From: a virus
Taxonomy: Duplodnaviria > Caudoviricetes
Length of the DNA: 57,252 nucleotides
Reading direction: 5' to 3' (one strand)
Virus record (IMG/VR): IMGVR_UViG_3300025128_000041
Location: 1 to 57,252 of that record
Below the pieces are notes generated by a model. It had not been told where the DNA came from, ran no database searches, and was given only the letters and a program-made list of their open reading frames with translations. The translations under genes were made by a program, and so were the position numbers. Shown in pieces: positions 56,199-57,252 of this stretch (positions are counted from its first letter, which is position 1; the number at the start of each line of letters is the position of its first letter).

Positions 56199-56828
56199 TT
56201 AATTTTCCTTAAGTTGTTTATAAAACTGTTCTCTTAATTCAAAGATATGAGATGGCTCTGAATCTTTAAACATGGCTTCATAATATCCAGTAGGCTTTAA
56301 CTTGTAAGCGGCTTCTTGCAACTTATCAAGCCTTTGGATGAATATCATGGCATATATCTCTTCTTCATCTGGCGGGATTAAAAGACTGCTTGTGTCATAC
56401 TTAACAGGAGCATCATCTTCATAATCAAGCATTCCTTCATGCTCTTCATCATCTGGATGAAAACCCATTACCCAAAGATTCTTATCACCAAATGCACCAT
56501 TAGCTATTCCATGATTAATGCCAATTAATCTTTGATGAAACTCTTCAGGCTCTTCTTGATACTGCGTATCTGCAATAATCGTTAAGTCTTTGTTATCATT
56601 AAAGTTTTCTAAAATATCAAACACAGGCCAATAACTCTTAAGGTGTTTAAACGTTATAACAACCTTATCGTCATTCCACGCTCTTCTTGCATACGGGCAT
56701 GGAGACATCCCGTTATAACGATCATCAGGCTCTTCTAGCCAGTTAAAAGACCACTCTCTGATCTCCTTACGAATAGTATATTCCCGTATACTATTTGTTT
56801 TATTAGCTAGGTATTCGAGCTTTGCCAT
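56199..56828 (-). CDS. DUF1415-like protein
   Basis: PCPYARRAW, VMGFHPD, IFIQRLDKL; start set at MAKLEY, the point where the two alleles converge. Confidence 0.6.
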   Translation of the reverse strand: MAKLEYLANKTNSIREYTIRKEIREWSFNWLEEPDDRYNGMSPCPYARRAWNDDKVVITFKHLKSYWPVFDILENFNDNKDLTIIADTQYQEEPEEFHQRLIGINHGIANGAFGDKNLWVMGFHPDDEEHEGMLDYEDDAPVKYDTSSLLIPPDEEEIYAMIFIQRLDKLQEAAYKLKPTGYYEAMFKDSEPSHIFELREQFYKQLKEN

Positions 56829-57165
56829 AACCACGATGCGATTTAACCGGCCCACCAGCCTTCATCATTGGCGGTCTTTCGACTTCAGTAAAAGCAGGTC
56901 TTGCTTTGGCTATTGCAGGCATTTTATATCCTCCTAATAGCTTATTAGTCCCACTTCCTCTCTCTCCCCTTCTAGATTGCCTTGTAAACTCTTCACTAGA
57001 TGGGATTGAACGATCAGAATAAATTCTTCCAAAATTTGTCGGATCTCTTAAATCTCTTCTACTTTGCTTAGTTCTTCCAGCAACAGCCCTCTCCGAAGCG
57101 CTTAAGGTTTTTATCTCGCCCCTTGCTTTATCTTCTTTAAGAGCATTTGATTCATACTCAGACAT
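56803..57165 (-). CDS. Accessory 120-aa basic protein present in only one allele
   Basis: TAATG coupling to the upstream gene; absent from the equivalent site at 237-262. Confidence 0.7.
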   Translation of the reverse strand: MSEYESNALKEDKARGEIKTLSASERAVAGRTKQSRRDLRDPTNFGRIYSDRSIPSSEEFTRQSRRGERGSGTNKLLGGYKMPAIAKARPAFTEVERPPMMKAGGPVKSHRGYGKARIPS

Positions 57166-57252
57166 TAACCATTCTTCCTGAAATATTGAGTACGAGCTGC
57201 ACCGCTTCCACGAGCAATTGTTTTAGGCTCACCTACTAAGCTGCCACCACTC

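Larger units (their letters stand above)
52..56652. repeat. Dispersed palindrome GTTTAAAC, ~46 unique copies
   Basis: Manual enumeration; coordinates listed in findings. Confidence 0.95.
1..57252. mobile_element. Tailed dsDNA bacteriophage genome, podovirus-like, apparently complete and circularly assembled
   Basis: Terminase, portal, capsid, tail tubular/fibre, ejection, lysis and replication genes; no host housekeeping genes; ends overlap (1-350 corresponds to 56594-57252). Confidence 0.95.

Overview
The window is an apparently complete, circularly assembled genome (~56.6-56.9 kb) of a tailed dsDNA phage with podovirus-like architecture. Spanins point to a Gram-negative host, and the gene content resembles uncultured aquatic phages. 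The minus-strand late arm runs terS, terL, portal, groES, scaffold and capsid (10513 to 263), wraps through the ends, and continues with adaptor, tail, tail-fibre, ejection and lysis genes (57165 to 25677). A plus-strand early arm (10943-18893) opens with SprT-like protease, MoxR-type AAA+ and vWA-like genes. A replication/recombination block (19158-25741) encodes a primase-helicase, RusA, a Cas4-like exonuclease, a Rad52/Sak-like annealase, SSB and an XRE regulator. I recognised no DNA polymerase, RNA polymerase, integrase, methyltransferase, tRNA or CRISPR array. The most striking signals are non-coding. (1) The palindrome GTTTAAAC occurs ~46 times by manual count, versus ~1-2 expected, and concentrates at early-gene junctions. 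(2) A ~300-nt multi-junction structured RNA candidate heads the early operon. (3) A TTCGCAACA motif is fused to the Shine-Dalgarno of ~11 early/middle genes. (4) Iteron-like repeats lie beside the primase-helicase. (5) A recurrent di-glycine peptide motif appears in several late proteins. The two contig ends are two alleles of one locus, with and without a 120-aa gene. All family assignments come from motif recognition by eye, not database searches.
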